NCBI GenBank assembly: GCA_963802945.1
Contig: CAWDKY010000015.1
Coordinates: 256,001 to 320,000 of the forward strand
Direction of reading: 5' to 3'
DNA from: an uncultured delta proteobacterium
GTDB taxonomy: Bacteria; Desulfobacterota; RBG-13-43-22
Length of the DNA stretch: 64,000 nt
Shown here: positions 63,918 through 64,000 of the stretch, in pieces
How the letters are laid out: each line of letters starts with the position of its first letter
How positions within the stretch are numbered: the stretch's first letter is position 1
The notes under the pieces: model-generated
What the model was told of the DNA's origin: nothing
What the model saw: only the letters and a program-made list of their open reading frames with translations
Database searches by the model: none
Made by a program: the position numbers and the translations under genes

Positions 63918-64000
63918 TTGAGGATTTCAGGTTATCTGATTCTTATTAGTGATGAAGACGACATTGATTATAGTTCCGGCTTTTCAGGAAGAAGCCAATA

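Overview
Chromosomal window from an anaerobic Gram-negative bacterium, most likely Desulfobacterota/deltaproteobacteria (inferred from ahbB, NfnAB, split PurH, lpxI and the intergenic repeat types). Most of it is housekeeping: serA, a porin, CCA enzyme, hemL/ahbB, 2-hydroxyacyl-CoA dehydratase subunits, dsbC, pgk, purH halves, yebC-ruvCAB, rlmE, radC, folE2, nfnAB, lysS and lolE-lolD-bamA-skp-lpxD-fabZ-lpxA-lpxI-lpxB-msbA. Accessory parts: (i) an AT-rich polyamine island (XRE-cupin regulator, ornithine decarboxylase, homospermidine synthase) next to a 5'-truncated deoxyhypusine-synthase-like gene; (ii) a per-GT2-gmd perosamine cassette; (iii) a NikR-controlled Ni/Co ECF operon with two visible operators; (iv) a small integrated remnant between two copies of an MFS gene 3' end, where a lipoprotein gene lies between RAYT transposase fragments; (v) an orphan ParA with a coiled-coil partner. 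Three unrelated genes (GT2, radC, lpxB) appear to start at ATC/ATT codons at ideal Shine-Dalgarno spacing. Intergenic DNA is rich in nested REP/MITE-like and 7-8-mer tandem/inverted repeats. Many core genes carry small indels that look like long-read errors, so single-base conclusions need read-level checks. No rRNA, tRNA or CRISPR array was recognised.
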